Source: Methanobacteriota archaeon
GTDB taxonomy: Archaea; Altiarchaeota; Altiarchaeia; IMC4; SCGC-AAA252-I15
DNA length: 49,208 nt
Reading direction: 5' to 3'
NCBI GenBank assembly: GCA_043823295.1
Contig: JBDRAY010000057.1
Location: forward strand, 1 to 49,208
Position 1 is the first letter of the stretch. Each line of letters begins with the position of its first letter. The translations under genes were made by a program, and so were the position numbers. Shown here piece after piece: positions 36,717 through 45,681 of the stretch. The notes under the pieces are model-generated. The model did no database searches. It had not been told where the DNA came from and saw nothing but the letters and a program-made list of their open reading frames with translations.

Positions 36717-37472
36717 TTAATTATTATCCAAATCTTTTATATCACTTCTAGAGAGAAACAAAATATTTGGTTCACCCTGCTCTTTTAAAAAACCATACCA
36801 GTATACTACAGCCCCTGATCCGAACAATTTAACGTAATGGCGCAACTGCTTTTTGAAATCATTTTTAAACTCCTTATAATCCCCGAAAGTCGCCTTAGAC
36901 TCAACCCAACAAACATCCTTCCCCTTAAATGTTACTGGTTCGTCCAAAAGGAAATCAGGAGTCTTAGTATGATTCTCCCTCCTACAATCCTCCTCTGTCA
37001 TAAAGGAAATGCTTTGAGAACTAAGCCAGTCAGAAATCTTCTGCTCGATATCCCGCCCCCTCTTAAGCTGTTCGAAAGCGCCCTTGGGTGAATACACAAG
37101 ATCGTTTTCCACAGCCGCGGAAATCTCTTTTTTAAGCCTCTTATCCTTTATCGAATTCGGACTCTTCAGATAAGTTCTGAACATGTTTCGTGAAACTCCG
37201 TTTTCAACGAGAATAATCGAGGCAACCATCACCGGTGGAAACCCGACACCTCTTGAAATCTTTAAAAAAGAATCCCCATGATCCCACGCCCTACGAAATT
37301 TTTTAGCGTCCTTTTTCATAACCCCGTGCTTCCTAGTAGTCTCTCGGATGATCTTCTGGGTTAAAAGAACCCTTAGGGTAGGCTTAGAAATACCATAACG
37401 GAGGCTTAAAGACTCAACAGATTTCAAATCCTCAAGCTTGGGGTAAATCGACTCGTAAGTTTCCCGGTCCAT
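36717..37472 (-). CDS. PD-(D/E)XK nuclease-like protein of the TPD-motif (CDIN1/C15orf41-like) family with N-terminal helical/HTH-like region
   Basis: The C-terminal TKTPDFLLDEP...VCWVESKATFGD supplies D...E-x-K in the arrangement described for the TPD-motif family. The stop is 1 nt from the Kef start. Confidence 0.5.
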   Translation of the reverse strand: MDRETYESIYPKLEDLKSVESLSLRYGISKPTLRVLLTQKIIRETTRKHGVMKKDAKKFRRAWDHGDSFLKISRGVGFPPVMVASIILVENGVSRNMFRTYLKSPNSIKDKRLKKEISAAVENDLVYSPKGAFEQLKRGRDIEQKISDWLSSQSISFMTEEDCRRENHTKTPDFLLDEPVTFKGKDVCWVESKATFGDYKEFKNDFKKQLRHYVKLFGSGAVVYWYGFLKEQGEPNILFLSRSDIKDLDNN

Positions 37473-37588
37473 CAGATAAAGTATTTAAACGGAGCCTTTA
37501 ATTAAGCTATAACCCATCGGGAAGCATCTCCCCCACACTCAAAAAGCATCCCGCCACCAAATTTAAGAGAAAACAGGGTAAACGATAG

Positions 37589-37600
37589 TTTTATATAAAA
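37589..37600 (+). promoter_or_regulatory. candidate TATA box (TTTTATATAAAA) upstream of tbp
   Basis: AT-rich TATA-like element about 25-36 nt upstream of the ATG at 37625. GGAGG lies at about 37616-37620. Confidence 0.35.
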
Positions 37601-37624
37601 AGGTCCCTATATTAAGGAGGTAAA

Positions 37625-38185
37625 ATGGACGAAAAAGAGGTTAAGATTAAGGCTAAAGTTGAAAACATCGTGTCTTCGATAACTATCGACAGGCACATAG
37701 ACTTGGAGAAGTTTGCAAACACGGTTACGGGCATCGAAAACCCGTCCCGATTCCCGGGCGTGATATTCCGCGTCCGAGAACCAAAGCTTGCAATGCTAAT
37801 CTTTCGGACTGGAAAAGTAATCTGCTCTGGAGCACGCTCTAAAAAGGATATTGCGGCTGCAGTTCAAAAGCTGATTGAAAAACTTAAGGAGGGTAAGATA
37901 AGGCTTAAGGCCAAGCCTATCGTCGAAATCCAAAACATTGTGGCGAGCGCGTCCCTCGGCTTTAAAGTAAATTTAGACACCCTGGCTACAGAATGCTGGA
38001 ACACTGAGTACGAGCCTGAACAGTTTCCGGGCTTAGTCTTCAGATTAGACGAGCCGAAGACTGTGATGCTCATCTTCAGAAGCGGCAAAATCATCATTAC
38101 GGGTGCGAAAACTCCCGGCAACGCGAACACTGCGGCCGAGAAGACCCGGGAGATGGTGAAAAGCTACAACGCCATAATCGAGTAA
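37625..38185 (+). CDS. tbp: TATA-box binding protein
   Basis: Two direct repeats, each with ENIVSS/QNIVAS ... RFPGVIFR/QFPGLVFRL ... MLIFRTGKVICSGA/MLIFRSGKIIITGA. Confidence 0.95.
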   Translation: MDEKEVKIKAKVENIVSSITIDRHIDLEKFANTVTGIENPSRFPGVIFRVREPKLAMLIFRTGKVICSGARSKKDIAAAVQKLIEKLKEGKIRLKAKPIVEIQNIVASASLGFKVNLDTLATECWNTEYEPEQFPGLVFRLDEPKTVMLIFRSGKIIITGAKTPGNANTAAEKTREMVKSYNAIIE

Positions 38186-38219
38186 CTTGGGGAAAAAAGA
38201 AAAATGTGAGGACTGGTGT

Positions 38220-38561
38220 TTAGTCCTCGGCTAGGTCCATTATCGTCTTTAACGCTACGACTAGTGCGGCGAAGGCCACGAACACTGTTATGTTTACCAG
38301 GGAGTCTGCTAGAAGCTTTGCGGTCGGCCCTATGCCTGCGATTATCCCTGCTGTTCCTCCGGCGAGCATCAAGGTCATGGATGCTACCAAAAACTTCGTG
38401 GTCTCTTTCTTGTTCACGTTCAAAAGGCCCACGACTACTCCCAAGACTGCCAGAAGCAATACTGCAAGCCCGGGGTTTAATCGGCCTAATGCCGCGAGCA
38501 CCGCCACTACAACTCCCAGTAGGAAGGCGTAGTTGCCTGTCTTATCTGCCATAGAAATCAC
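38220..38561 (-). CDS. small hydrophobic membrane protein (3-4 TM), unknown function
   Basis: Ala/Leu/Val/Gly-rich TM segments. The opposite-strand ORF is Arg/Leu/Ser-rich, as expected for an antisense artefact. A T-rich tract follows on the minus strand. Confidence 0.55.
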   Translation of the reverse strand: MISMADKTGNYAFLLGVVVAVLAALGRLNPGLAVLLLAVLGVVVGLLNVNKKETTKFLVASMTLMLAGGTAGIIAGIGPTAKLLADSLVNITVFVAFAALVVALKTIMDLAED

Positions 38562-38624
38562 CTCAATTTTTTTAAAAAAGGATATGCTGTTAGAAGATTA
38601 GATTAATGTATTAAATGCTGTTTT

Positions 38625-39326
38625 TCAGAGTTTTTCCGCGTATTGTCGGGCTGCTTTGCGGAAGTCGGAGGCATTGTATATGCCCCTCCCGATTATGGCG
38701 TGCCATCTGTCTCCTGCGGCTTTCGCTGCATCGGAGATGTTGCCGCCTTGGGCTATGAATCCGGGAGCGTAGAATACTGGTTTTACTCCCTCTTTCTCAA
38801 CAGTTTCCTTTATCTTCGCGATTACGTCGGGTTTGTTCCCGGGGACTACGAAATCCCGAATCCCTACCTTTGCGGCGAGCTCAAACATTTCGAAAACTCC
38901 TTCGTCGGCCAAGTATCCGCCGTCGCTTCGAACGTATTTTTCATGGGTCATGTACCCCCCGACAATAACGGCAAGTCCCACATCCCTGCAAGCGTTAATC
39001 CACGCCTTCTCGGTTTCCGGGCCCGCCTGCGGGAAGAGGATGACGGCGTCTACGCCAGCGGTTTTCATGACTTCGGCGAAGTTTTTCCCGGTATCGGGTA
39101 TGTCTGTCGCAGCCTTCTGATGGTCGTATATTATTGGCTTGTCGGTGAATTTCCGGGCCGTCTCAACCACCTTAGGAAGGCCATGTTTCAAGCCCAGCTG
39201 AAAGCCCACTTTGTAAGCTCCAACCCCCTCAATCCCATAAGTCTCCTCGACGATCTTTTCAAAGATGGGAAGAGGCACGTCACACGCGGGTATAATGCTT
39301 TTTTTCAGGGGGATTATGTCTTTCAT
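38625..39326 (-). CDS. pyrF: orotidine 5'-phosphate decarboxylase-like TIM-barrel protein
   Basis: IIYDHQKAATDIPDT resembles the OMP decarboxylase D-x-K-x-x-D-I-P-x-T active-site block but with altered spacing. The gene overlaps the pyrE stop by 4 nt. Confidence 0.55.
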   Translation of the reverse strand: MKDIIPLKKSIIPACDVPLPIFEKIVEETYGIEGVGAYKVGFQLGLKHGLPKVVETARKFTDKPIIYDHQKAATDIPDTGKNFAEVMKTAGVDAVILFPQAGPETEKAWINACRDVGLAVIVGGYMTHEKYVRSDGGYLADEGVFEMFELAAKVGIRDFVVPGNKPDVIAKIKETVEKEGVKPVFYAPGFIAQGGNISDAAKAAGDRWHAIIGRGIYNASDFRKAARQYAEKL

Positions 39327-40006
39327 AGCAGCTTTATTTTCGAGGCCCCATATTTTTTGAATTCCTCCTCTATTGCGCGCCCCACGTCTTTTCCGGGAGC
39401 AAGCTGGGCGTAGGCTTTGGGGAGAATGTCGAGGGCATTGCTTAAGGCAAGGTATTTGACCCCCTTTCCTTTTAATGCTTCTTCCACTGTTTTACCGTCG
39501 TCTCGAACTTCCATCCTGTTGGATAATCCCAGGGCCACCATTATTTCGACTTCAGACTCCGCAAGCGTGTCGACTGTCTGAAGAAGGGATCCTCCAGTAG
39601 TGGTCACATCCTCTATCACAATAGTCTTTTCGCATGGTGCTCCAAGGTATAACCTGTCTTCCACTTTGCCGTGCAGCTTAGGCTTTCCCCGCCCCATGGG
39701 GAGTGTGTGGCTTCCAGGCCCGTATTCTGGATGAGACTTCGCCCACTTGTATTGCGTGACGATCGCAACTTTAGTCGCTCCTTCGGGAACGCCGTAAAAG
39801 CAGTCTGGGGAAAAACCTCGGTCCTGAGTGTAGGAGATTATGAAGTCTGCGAGCTTTTCAGTCAAGAATGCGTCTTGAGTGACGGTTCTAAAGTTTATGT
39901 AGAAGTGGCTTGTTCGTCCTGACTTTAGGGTTATCGGTTCTTTGAAGAAGCCGATGACTTTGTTTTCCAGGATGAATTGGTTGTATTCGTCTTGGCTGAA
40001 TGACAT
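39323..40006 (-). CDS. pyrE: orotate phosphoribosyltransferase
   Basis: PRPP-binding loop VIEDVTTTGGSL, and FKEPITLKSGRTSHFYINF N-terminal block. Confidence 0.85.
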   Translation of the reverse strand: MSFSQDEYNQFILENKVIGFFKEPITLKSGRTSHFYINFRTVTQDAFLTEKLADFIISYTQDRGFSPDCFYGVPEGATKVAIVTQYKWAKSHPEYGPGSHTLPMGRGKPKLHGKVEDRLYLGAPCEKTIVIEDVTTTGGSLLQTVDTLAESEVEIMVALGLSNRMEVRDDGKTVEEALKGKGVKYLALSNALDILPKAYAQLAPGKDVGRAIEEEFKKYGASKIKLL

Positions 40007-40050
40007 TTTCTGTTATGTATGATTTTTTTCATTTTTATATGATAATTCAC

Positions 40051-40074
40051 AATATTTAGTATATACTGAATATT
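40051..40074. promoter_or_regulatory. 24-bp near-perfect palindrome AATATT-T-AGTATATACT-G-AATATT, candidate operator
   Basis: Read directly from the sequence, with one mismatched pair. It ends 6 nt before the ATG of the wHTH regulator gene at 40081 and lies in the divergent region shared with pyrE. Confidence 0.45.
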
Positions 40075-40080
40075 CGGAAT

Positions 40081-40560
40081 ATGGCGAATGAACTTTTTGA
40101 ACTTAAAGAAGAGATAATTGAAGACTTCATGAGGGGGTGGACTCTCTCAGGATGCAATCCCACAATCCTTCGGATATACTTCACACTTTTTCTATCCGAC
40201 AATCCAATGGGCCTGTCTGAAATATCCAAGGAGACTGGATACAGCAAGTCAACTGTGTGCACGAGCATGGAGGTTGTGGAACGGCTCTTCGACATCCATA
40301 AATTCAAAAGACCAGGGTCAAAGAAAATCTTTTGGAAGTGCACCTACGACCCTGAAAAAATGTTTAAAAAACAGTTAGAACTTGGTGAAAAAATCCTTGC
40401 CATGCAACTTGAAGCACTAAACAAAACCGAGAAGCGACTTAAAGAAGTGGATGGAGGCCAGAAATACTTGAAAAACATCGGGAAATTCAAAAAACACTTT
40501 GAAAACCACAATAAAATGTATGAATTCATAAGAGAGAAACACAAAGATATACTAGATTAA
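40081..40560 (+). CDS. winged-helix transcriptional regulator (GbsR/MarR/ArsR-like)
   Basis: ILRIYFTLFLSDNPMGLSEISKETGYSKSTVCTSMEVVERL is an HTH plus wing pattern. The C-terminal part is helical. Confidence 0.65.
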   Translation: MANELFELKEEIIEDFMRGWTLSGCNPTILRIYFTLFLSDNPMGLSEISKETGYSKSTVCTSMEVVERLFDIHKFKRPGSKKIFWKCTYDPEKMFKKQLELGEKILAMQLEALNKTEKRLKEVDGGQKYLKNIGKFKKHFENHNKMYEFIREKHKDILD

Positions 40561-40561
40561 A

Positions 40562-41218
40562 ATGAGTAAAAAAGATATTATACCGCTCGGACTCGTACTC
40601 GCAATGTTTGCAATCGGATTCCTCGTACAAAACGAAGTCCCTGAAGTCATGGTAACCCACTGGAATGCTCAAGGCCAAGCCGACGGGTACGGAGGAAAAT
40701 TTATCGGACTGTACCTTATACCCATCATGACTCTTCTCATCCTCGGATTCTTTCACGCAATCCCGAAAATTGAGGTCCTGGATTTTCGGAAAAACATCCT
40801 CGACTTTGAAAAACACTTCTATGGCCTGCGCCTAACACTTACAGCATTCATGCTCATCGTTTACGTTACGACCATAAGCATAAACTTAGGCTACGACATC
40901 CCAATAAACAAGATTATCATGCCCGCAGTCGGCGCGCTAATATTTTATATGGGATACATCATGCAATTCGTCAAGCGAAACTTTTGGATTGGAGTGCGAA
41001 CCCCATGGACCATTACAAGCGACAAAGTATGGGATAAAACCCACATCTTAGCGAGCAAACTGTTCAGAATCATGGGAGCGCTTTTCATAATCGCAAGCCT
41101 TACCACAGAGAAAGTTGTGGGGATTTTAATAGCTTTCATCTTGGTAACCACCATGTTTATAATAATTTATTCGTATTGGATATATCGCCGAGAAGTCGAA
41201 GGTGGAAAAGATGGTTAA
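40562..41218 (+). CDS. SdpI/YhfL family membrane protein (DUF1648 plus SdpI domain)
   Basis: THWNAQGQADGYGGK (DUF1648-like) and RNFWIGVRTPWTITSDKVWDKTH (SdpI-like). It starts 2 nt after the regulator stop. Confidence 0.7.
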   Translation: MSKKDIIPLGLVLAMFAIGFLVQNEVPEVMVTHWNAQGQADGYGGKFIGLYLIPIMTLLILGFFHAIPKIEVLDFRKNILDFEKHFYGLRLTLTAFMLIVYVTTISINLGYDIPINKIIMPAVGALIFYMGYIMQFVKRNFWIGVRTPWTITSDKVWDKTHILASKLFRIMGALFIIASLTTEKVVGILIAFILVTTMFIIIYSYWIYRREVEGGKDG

Positions 41219-41915
41219 GAAGGTGAAAAGGAAGGAGGATCCTGTCATAGAGCTTAAGGACGTTTGGAAGATCTATAAGATGGGGTTGGTGGAAGTGCCC
41301 GCAGTCCAGGGACTAAATCTTAAGATTTACCCCCACGAATTCTTAGCCATCATGGGTCCTTCGGGAAGCGGCAAGTCGACGACCATGAACATGGTAGGCT
41401 GCCTCGACGTACCCACGAAAGGACAAATCTTTTTAAACGGCCAAGACATCTCGACACTCCATGAAAGCGACCTCGCCCACATCCGGGGGAGAACGATAGG
41501 ATTCGTATTCCAACAGTTCAACCTCATGCCCTCGCTCACCGCCCTTGAAAACATCATGCTTCCCATGACATTTCAGAGAGTTCTCCCACTGGATCGGGAG
41601 AAACGCGGGAGGAAAGTCTTAACTATGGTGGGGCTTGAAGATAGAATGCACCACAAGCCGGCGGAACTTTCCGGGGGACAGCAACAGAGAGTGGCAATAG
41701 CAAGATCGCTTGCAAACGACCCGGACGTAATCCTCGCCGACGAGCCCACAGGAAACTTGGACACAAACACAGGACACGAAATAATTGACATGCTCTACAA
41801 CCTCAACAAGGAGGGGAAGACCGTAATCATGGTAACACACGACAAGGACATCGCAGACCGTGCGAAACGAACCGTGCAACTTAAAGACGGAAAGATAGTT
41901 GATGGAGGTAACTAA
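41202..41915 (+). CDS. ABC transporter ATP-binding protein (MacB/LolD-like)
   Basis: Walker A GPSGSGKST, Q-loop, signature LSGGQQQRVAIAR, Walker B ILADEPTGNLD, and H-loop VTHD. Confidence 0.9.
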   Translation: MEKMVKKVKRKEDPVIELKDVWKIYKMGLVEVPAVQGLNLKIYPHEFLAIMGPSGSGKSTTMNMVGCLDVPTKGQIFLNGQDISTLHESDLAHIRGRTIGFVFQQFNLMPSLTALENIMLPMTFQRVLPLDREKRGRKVLTMVGLEDRMHHKPAELSGGQQQRVAIARSLANDPDVILADEPTGNLDTNTGHEIIDMLYNLNKEGKTVIMVTHDKDIADRAKRTVQLKDGKIVDGGN

Positions 41916-41920
41916 AAAAA

Positions 41921-43210
41921 ATGAAAAAACTTTTTGCACCAATTGTATTGCTTGCGCTCATAGGGAGTGCTTGCGCCGAAATAAAAATCGATTCTCTGGC
42001 CTTGGACCCGCAGATGATCGAGGCGGGAGATGAAGTAGACGTTTACGTGAAATTCCACCAGGCAACATTAAAGAGGGACGTTTTCACCAAAGACGGAGTA
42101 TTAGCTGCTGAACAGGAGGATAAGAACGTCTTCTACAAAACCAAGCTTATTCCAACAAGCGATCTCGCCAGCAAATACATAACCCTCATTGAAGGGGAGA
42201 AAAACGTGGGCCACCTGTTCATTGGAGAATCATGGAATAGCCCCTTCAAAGTAAAAGTTAGTGAAGGAGCACCCGCCGCAAACTATAAAATGCAATTCCA
42301 GATCATAAAGACGGACCCGGAAGGTGTGGAAAAAGGCATTGACAGGCTCTACGACTTCACCATCCCGGTTAAGGGAATAGTCGTTTTTGACGTATCGTCT
42401 ACGGACGATCTTCGCATCGGCTCTGAAGGCACCATCAAGCTCTCAGTTAGAAACGTGGGTGGAGGAACCGCAAGGCACGTCACAGTAAAGTTAGGTGAGC
42501 TGGATTCCCTCACAGTCTTGGATGCCGCTGAAAGGCATCTGGATTCTTTTGAAGGAAAGGAGGAGAAGACTGTGACCTACAAGATTTCCGTTGACAGCAC
42601 TGCGACAGTCACCGCGAAGAAAATACCGCTTTTCATCGGATACTTAACCGACAATGGACTGCCAGTGCTCATAAACAAGACGATTGGAGTCCAGATCACC
42701 GGCGAACCATCAATCGAAGTAACCCTTGATGAAGCCGAAGAACTCGTTGGGGGAATGGAAGGCACTGTCTCAATCCGAGTTATAAACAACGGATTCATCG
42801 ACGCGAAATTTTTGGAGATGAGTCTTTCGGAAACACAGGATTACACAGTCGAATCCGCTGAGAGCACTTACCTTGGAAACCTTGCTTCAGACGACTTTGA
42901 AAGTGAGGAATTCATAATCAAGCCTTCAAAGAATACGGAAGGCGAGATACCGCTTACAGTAACAGTCGTATACAAGATGGCCAACAGCGACAAGCTGCTT
43001 TCAAAATCCTTCACCACGAAAGTTAAGGTCTTGTCCGAGTCAGAGTACAGGGAAAACGAGCAGTCGAACGGCTCTTCAAGCCAGGTTCAGGCAGCGCTAC
43101 TTGCAATACCTGCAATAATAGTAGTGTACCTGGTGCTCTGGTTCGTCGTAAAGATTGTCGGAGCTATCACCAACTTGCTCAACAAAAAGATCTTTAAGCG
43201 AGGCGTATGA
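41921..43210 (+). CDS. secreted CARDB/S-layer-domain-like protein with C-terminal TM anchor
   Basis: Signal peptide. Repeated Ig-like units carry the L.V.N.G.G.A..V pattern (IKLSVRNVGGGTARHVTVKL, VSIRVINNGFIDAKFLEMSL). The C-terminus has a hydrophobic helix and a basic tail. Confidence 0.55.
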   Translation: MKKLFAPIVLLALIGSACAEIKIDSLALDPQMIEAGDEVDVYVKFHQATLKRDVFTKDGVLAAEQEDKNVFYKTKLIPTSDLASKYITLIEGEKNVGHLFIGESWNSPFKVKVSEGAPAANYKMQFQIIKTDPEGVEKGIDRLYDFTIPVKGIVVFDVSSTDDLRIGSEGTIKLSVRNVGGGTARHVTVKLGELDSLTVLDAAERHLDSFEGKEEKTVTYKISVDSTATVTAKKIPLFIGYLTDNGLPVLINKTIGVQITGEPSIEVTLDEAEELVGGMEGTVSIRVINNGFIDAKFLEMSLSETQDYTVESAESTYLGNLASDDFESEEFIIKPSKNTEGEIPLTVTVVYKMANSDKLLSKSFTTKVKVLSESEYRENEQSNGSSSQVQAALLAIPAIIVVYLVLWFVVKIVGAITNLLNKKIFKRGV

Positions 43211-44436
43211 TAGGAGACTACTTCAAGCTTGCGCTCATAAACCTCACACACCGCAGGCTGCGAAGCTGGCTGACGCTCATAGGGATATTCATAGGGATTA
43301 CTGCAGTCGTAGCCTTGACTTCACTCGGGCAGGGACTGCAAGACACCATCAACCGCGAATTCGAAACCCTCGGCGCAAACCGCGTCATGATCCTTCCCGG
43401 CGGCGGCAGTGCCAGCGCAGCCTTCGCATCCATAGGAGGCTTTGCGGCAGTAAAGCTCACCGACAAGGACATTAAGGTGGTAAGAGATGTTCGGGGAGTA
43501 GACCTGGCTGGGGGAATGCTCCAGCTGACTGAGCGAGTAACCTTTGCCGGTGAAGACAAGTATGAGAACTTAATCTGTATTTCCACAGACCCCGACACCC
43601 TAGAATATTTGGAATCGCTCGACTTCTTCCTTATCGAGCAGGGCAGGATGCTTGAGAAAGGCGATACAAGGAAGGTTGTTGCAGGATACAGTTTGTGGAA
43701 TGGCGACTCCTTCGAGAAACCCGTCAAGAGGGGGGACTGCGTTTACATCAAGGGCGAGTGCTTTGAAGTCGTGGGCCTGCACAAAAGAGCGGGGAATCCA
43801 GCCCACGACCAGAGGTTCACTGTTCCGAGGGAGGAGTGCTCCCACCTTCTAAATAAAAGCGTGGATGAGGTTACTGCTATAGCAGCCCTCGTTGAAGACG
43901 GGTTCGAACCTTCCGATGTCGCGGAATCCATCAAGGTGAAGCTTCGGAAGAGCAGGGGAGTCAAGGAGGGTGAGGAGGACTTTAACGTTCAGAGTGCAGA
44001 GCAGCTTATGAAGACGTTCACACAGATAATCGATGTCGTACAGACTGTTATCACCGGGATTGCTGCGATATCGCTGATCGTCGGGGCGATAGGAATTATG
44101 AACACAATGTATACGAGCGTTATCGAGCGTACCAAGCAGATTGGGGTTATGAAGGCTGTGGGTGCTACGAGGACTGACATCTCGGTTTTGTTTATGATAG
44201 AGGCCGGTCTTTTAGGTGCGACTGGAGGGATTATCGGGACTATCCTCGGATTGGGAATTGCTAAGGCTGTTGAATTCTACGCGGTAAACAACGGAATCCC
44301 CCAGCTTCAAGTGCACATGGGAATGGAGCTTATTTGCGGAGTCATCTTATTCTCCTTCATTATAGGAAGCCTTTCAGGTCTTCTGCCGGCACGCCAGGCG
44401 GCAAACCTTCAACCAGTGGAGGCGCTTAGGAAATGA
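43207..44436 (+). CDS. ABC transporter permease, MacB/FtsX type
   Basis: N-terminal TM helix, a large extracytoplasmic domain, and a C-terminal FtsX domain (GIMNTMYTSVIERTKQIGVMKAVGA...PARQAANLQPVEALR). Confidence 0.85.
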   Translation: MIGDYFKLALINLTHRRLRSWLTLIGIFIGITAVVALTSLGQGLQDTINREFETLGANRVMILPGGGSASAAFASIGGFAAVKLTDKDIKVVRDVRGVDLAGGMLQLTERVTFAGEDKYENLICISTDPDTLEYLESLDFFLIEQGRMLEKGDTRKVVAGYSLWNGDSFEKPVKRGDCVYIKGECFEVVGLHKRAGNPAHDQRFTVPREECSHLLNKSVDEVTAIAALVEDGFEPSDVAESIKVKLRKSRGVKEGEEDFNVQSAEQLMKTFTQIIDVVQTVITGIAAISLIVGAIGIMNTMYTSVIERTKQIGVMKAVGATRTDISVLFMIEAGLLGATGGIIGTILGLGIAKAVEFYAVNNGIPQLQVHMGMELICGVILFSFIIGSLSGLLPARQAANLQPVEALRK

Positions 44437-45644
44437 TAGACGATTACATTAGGATTTCGATTCGAAGCATCAGACACCAAGGTACCCGCAGCTGGCTTAC
44501 CATGCTGGGTATTTTCATAGGGATTGCGACGATCGTGTCTCTCATCTCGCTCGGCCAGGGCATGGAGGACGCCATCAACCAGATGATGTCATCGGTCGGC
44601 GTCAACCTCATCTACGTCATGCCCGGAGCTGGCATTGAGAGTATGGGCTCTGGAAGCACGAAGCTTACGGGCGAGGATGTCGACTTGATCGAGAGCGTTC
44701 ACGGCGTGAATCTTGCTGCGGGAATGACCAGCAAGGTTGCGAAGGTTGAAAGCCACGGTGAGAGCAAGTTCGGTTTCGTGTCGGGCCTTCCCACCGACAA
44801 AAGACAGAAGATTATTGAAGACATGGAAAGTATTCGTATCGCGGAAGGCAGGTTTTTCAAGGATGATGAGAAATATGGGGTCGGAGTCGGCTATAGGGTG
44901 GCCAACGGAGACTTCTTCTCAAAGCCGGTTACCATCGGCGACCGCGTAACCATAAACGAGAAGGTTTTCCGCGTTGTTGGGACTCTCGAGAAAATCGGCA
45001 GCAAAGACGACGACGAAGCATTCTACATTCCGCTTGAAACCAGCGAGGAACTCTTCAACGACTACGACAACTATATAGTCGTCATGGCACAGGTCAAAGA
45101 CGGCTTTGACACGGCCGAAGTCGCGGAAAACATAAAGAAAAAGCTTCGAAAAGACAGGGGTTTGAATGAGGGGGAAGAGGATTTCAACGTCCAAACCGTC
45201 GAAACGATGACGGAATCCTTCGGCATCATCTTGAATGTCGTCAACCTAGTGTTTCTCGGCATTGCAGGCATATCGCTTTTCGTAGGCGGAATCGGCATCA
45301 TGAATACCATGTACACGAGCGTTCTTCAGCGTACGCGGGAGATTGGGATTATGAAGGCTGTGGGTGCGAGAAACGGCGACATCATGGGCCTGTTCATCGT
45401 TGAATCGGGAGTGATTGGTATTGCGGGAGGCATCGTCGGCGTAATCATAGGGTTGGGACTTAGCAAGACCGTTGAATTCATCGCAGTCAACAACCTCTAT
45501 TTAGACGTTATGAAAGCTCACGTATCTTGGCAACTCATCGTGGGAGCCCTCGCATTCAGCTTTATAGTAGGCTGTATTTCAGGAACGCTTCCTGCAAGAC
45601 AGGCTGCGAAACTGAGACCCGTCGAAGCCTTAAGATACGAATAA
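44433..45644 (+). CDS. ABC transporter permease, MacB/FtsX type (paralog)
   Basis: Same architecture as 43207-44436 (GIMNTMYTSVLQRTREIGIMKAVGA...PARQAAKLRPVEALR). Confidence 0.85.
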   Translation: MIDDYIRISIRSIRHQGTRSWLTMLGIFIGIATIVSLISLGQGMEDAINQMMSSVGVNLIYVMPGAGIESMGSGSTKLTGEDVDLIESVHGVNLAAGMTSKVAKVESHGESKFGFVSGLPTDKRQKIIEDMESIRIAEGRFFKDDEKYGVGVGYRVANGDFFSKPVTIGDRVTINEKVFRVVGTLEKIGSKDDDEAFYIPLETSEELFNDYDNYIVVMAQVKDGFDTAEVAENIKKKLRKDRGLNEGEEDFNVQTVETMTESFGIILNVVNLVFLGIAGISLFVGGIGIMNTMYTSVLQRTREIGIMKAVGARNGDIMGLFIVESGVIGIAGGIVGVIIGLGLSKTVEFIAVNNLYLDVMKAHVSWQLIVGALAFSFIVGCISGTLPARQAAKLRPVEALRYE

Positions 45645-45681
45645 TGTCTTTTTATTTGCCTCATCCCATTCTTTAAACACT

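Noticed and set aside
37514-37522. CCCATCGGG upstream of tbp matching 9 nt of the att-like repeat
   Set aside because: The match does not extend on either side. A 9-mer match in 49 kb is expected by chance.
38216-38554. 112-aa plus-strand ORF, rich in Arg/Leu/Ser
   Set aside because: It mirrors the Ala/Leu/Val/Gly-rich membrane protein on the minus strand. The R/L/S-rich composition is typical of antisense translation of TM-helix codons.
38643-39413. 256-aa plus-strand ORF running antisense across pyrF and into pyrE
   Set aside because: The minus-strand ORFs carry clear PyrF-like and PyrE (PRPP loop) motifs, and the antisense product has no motifs. It is a long shadow ORF, expected opposite a gene with this codon composition.
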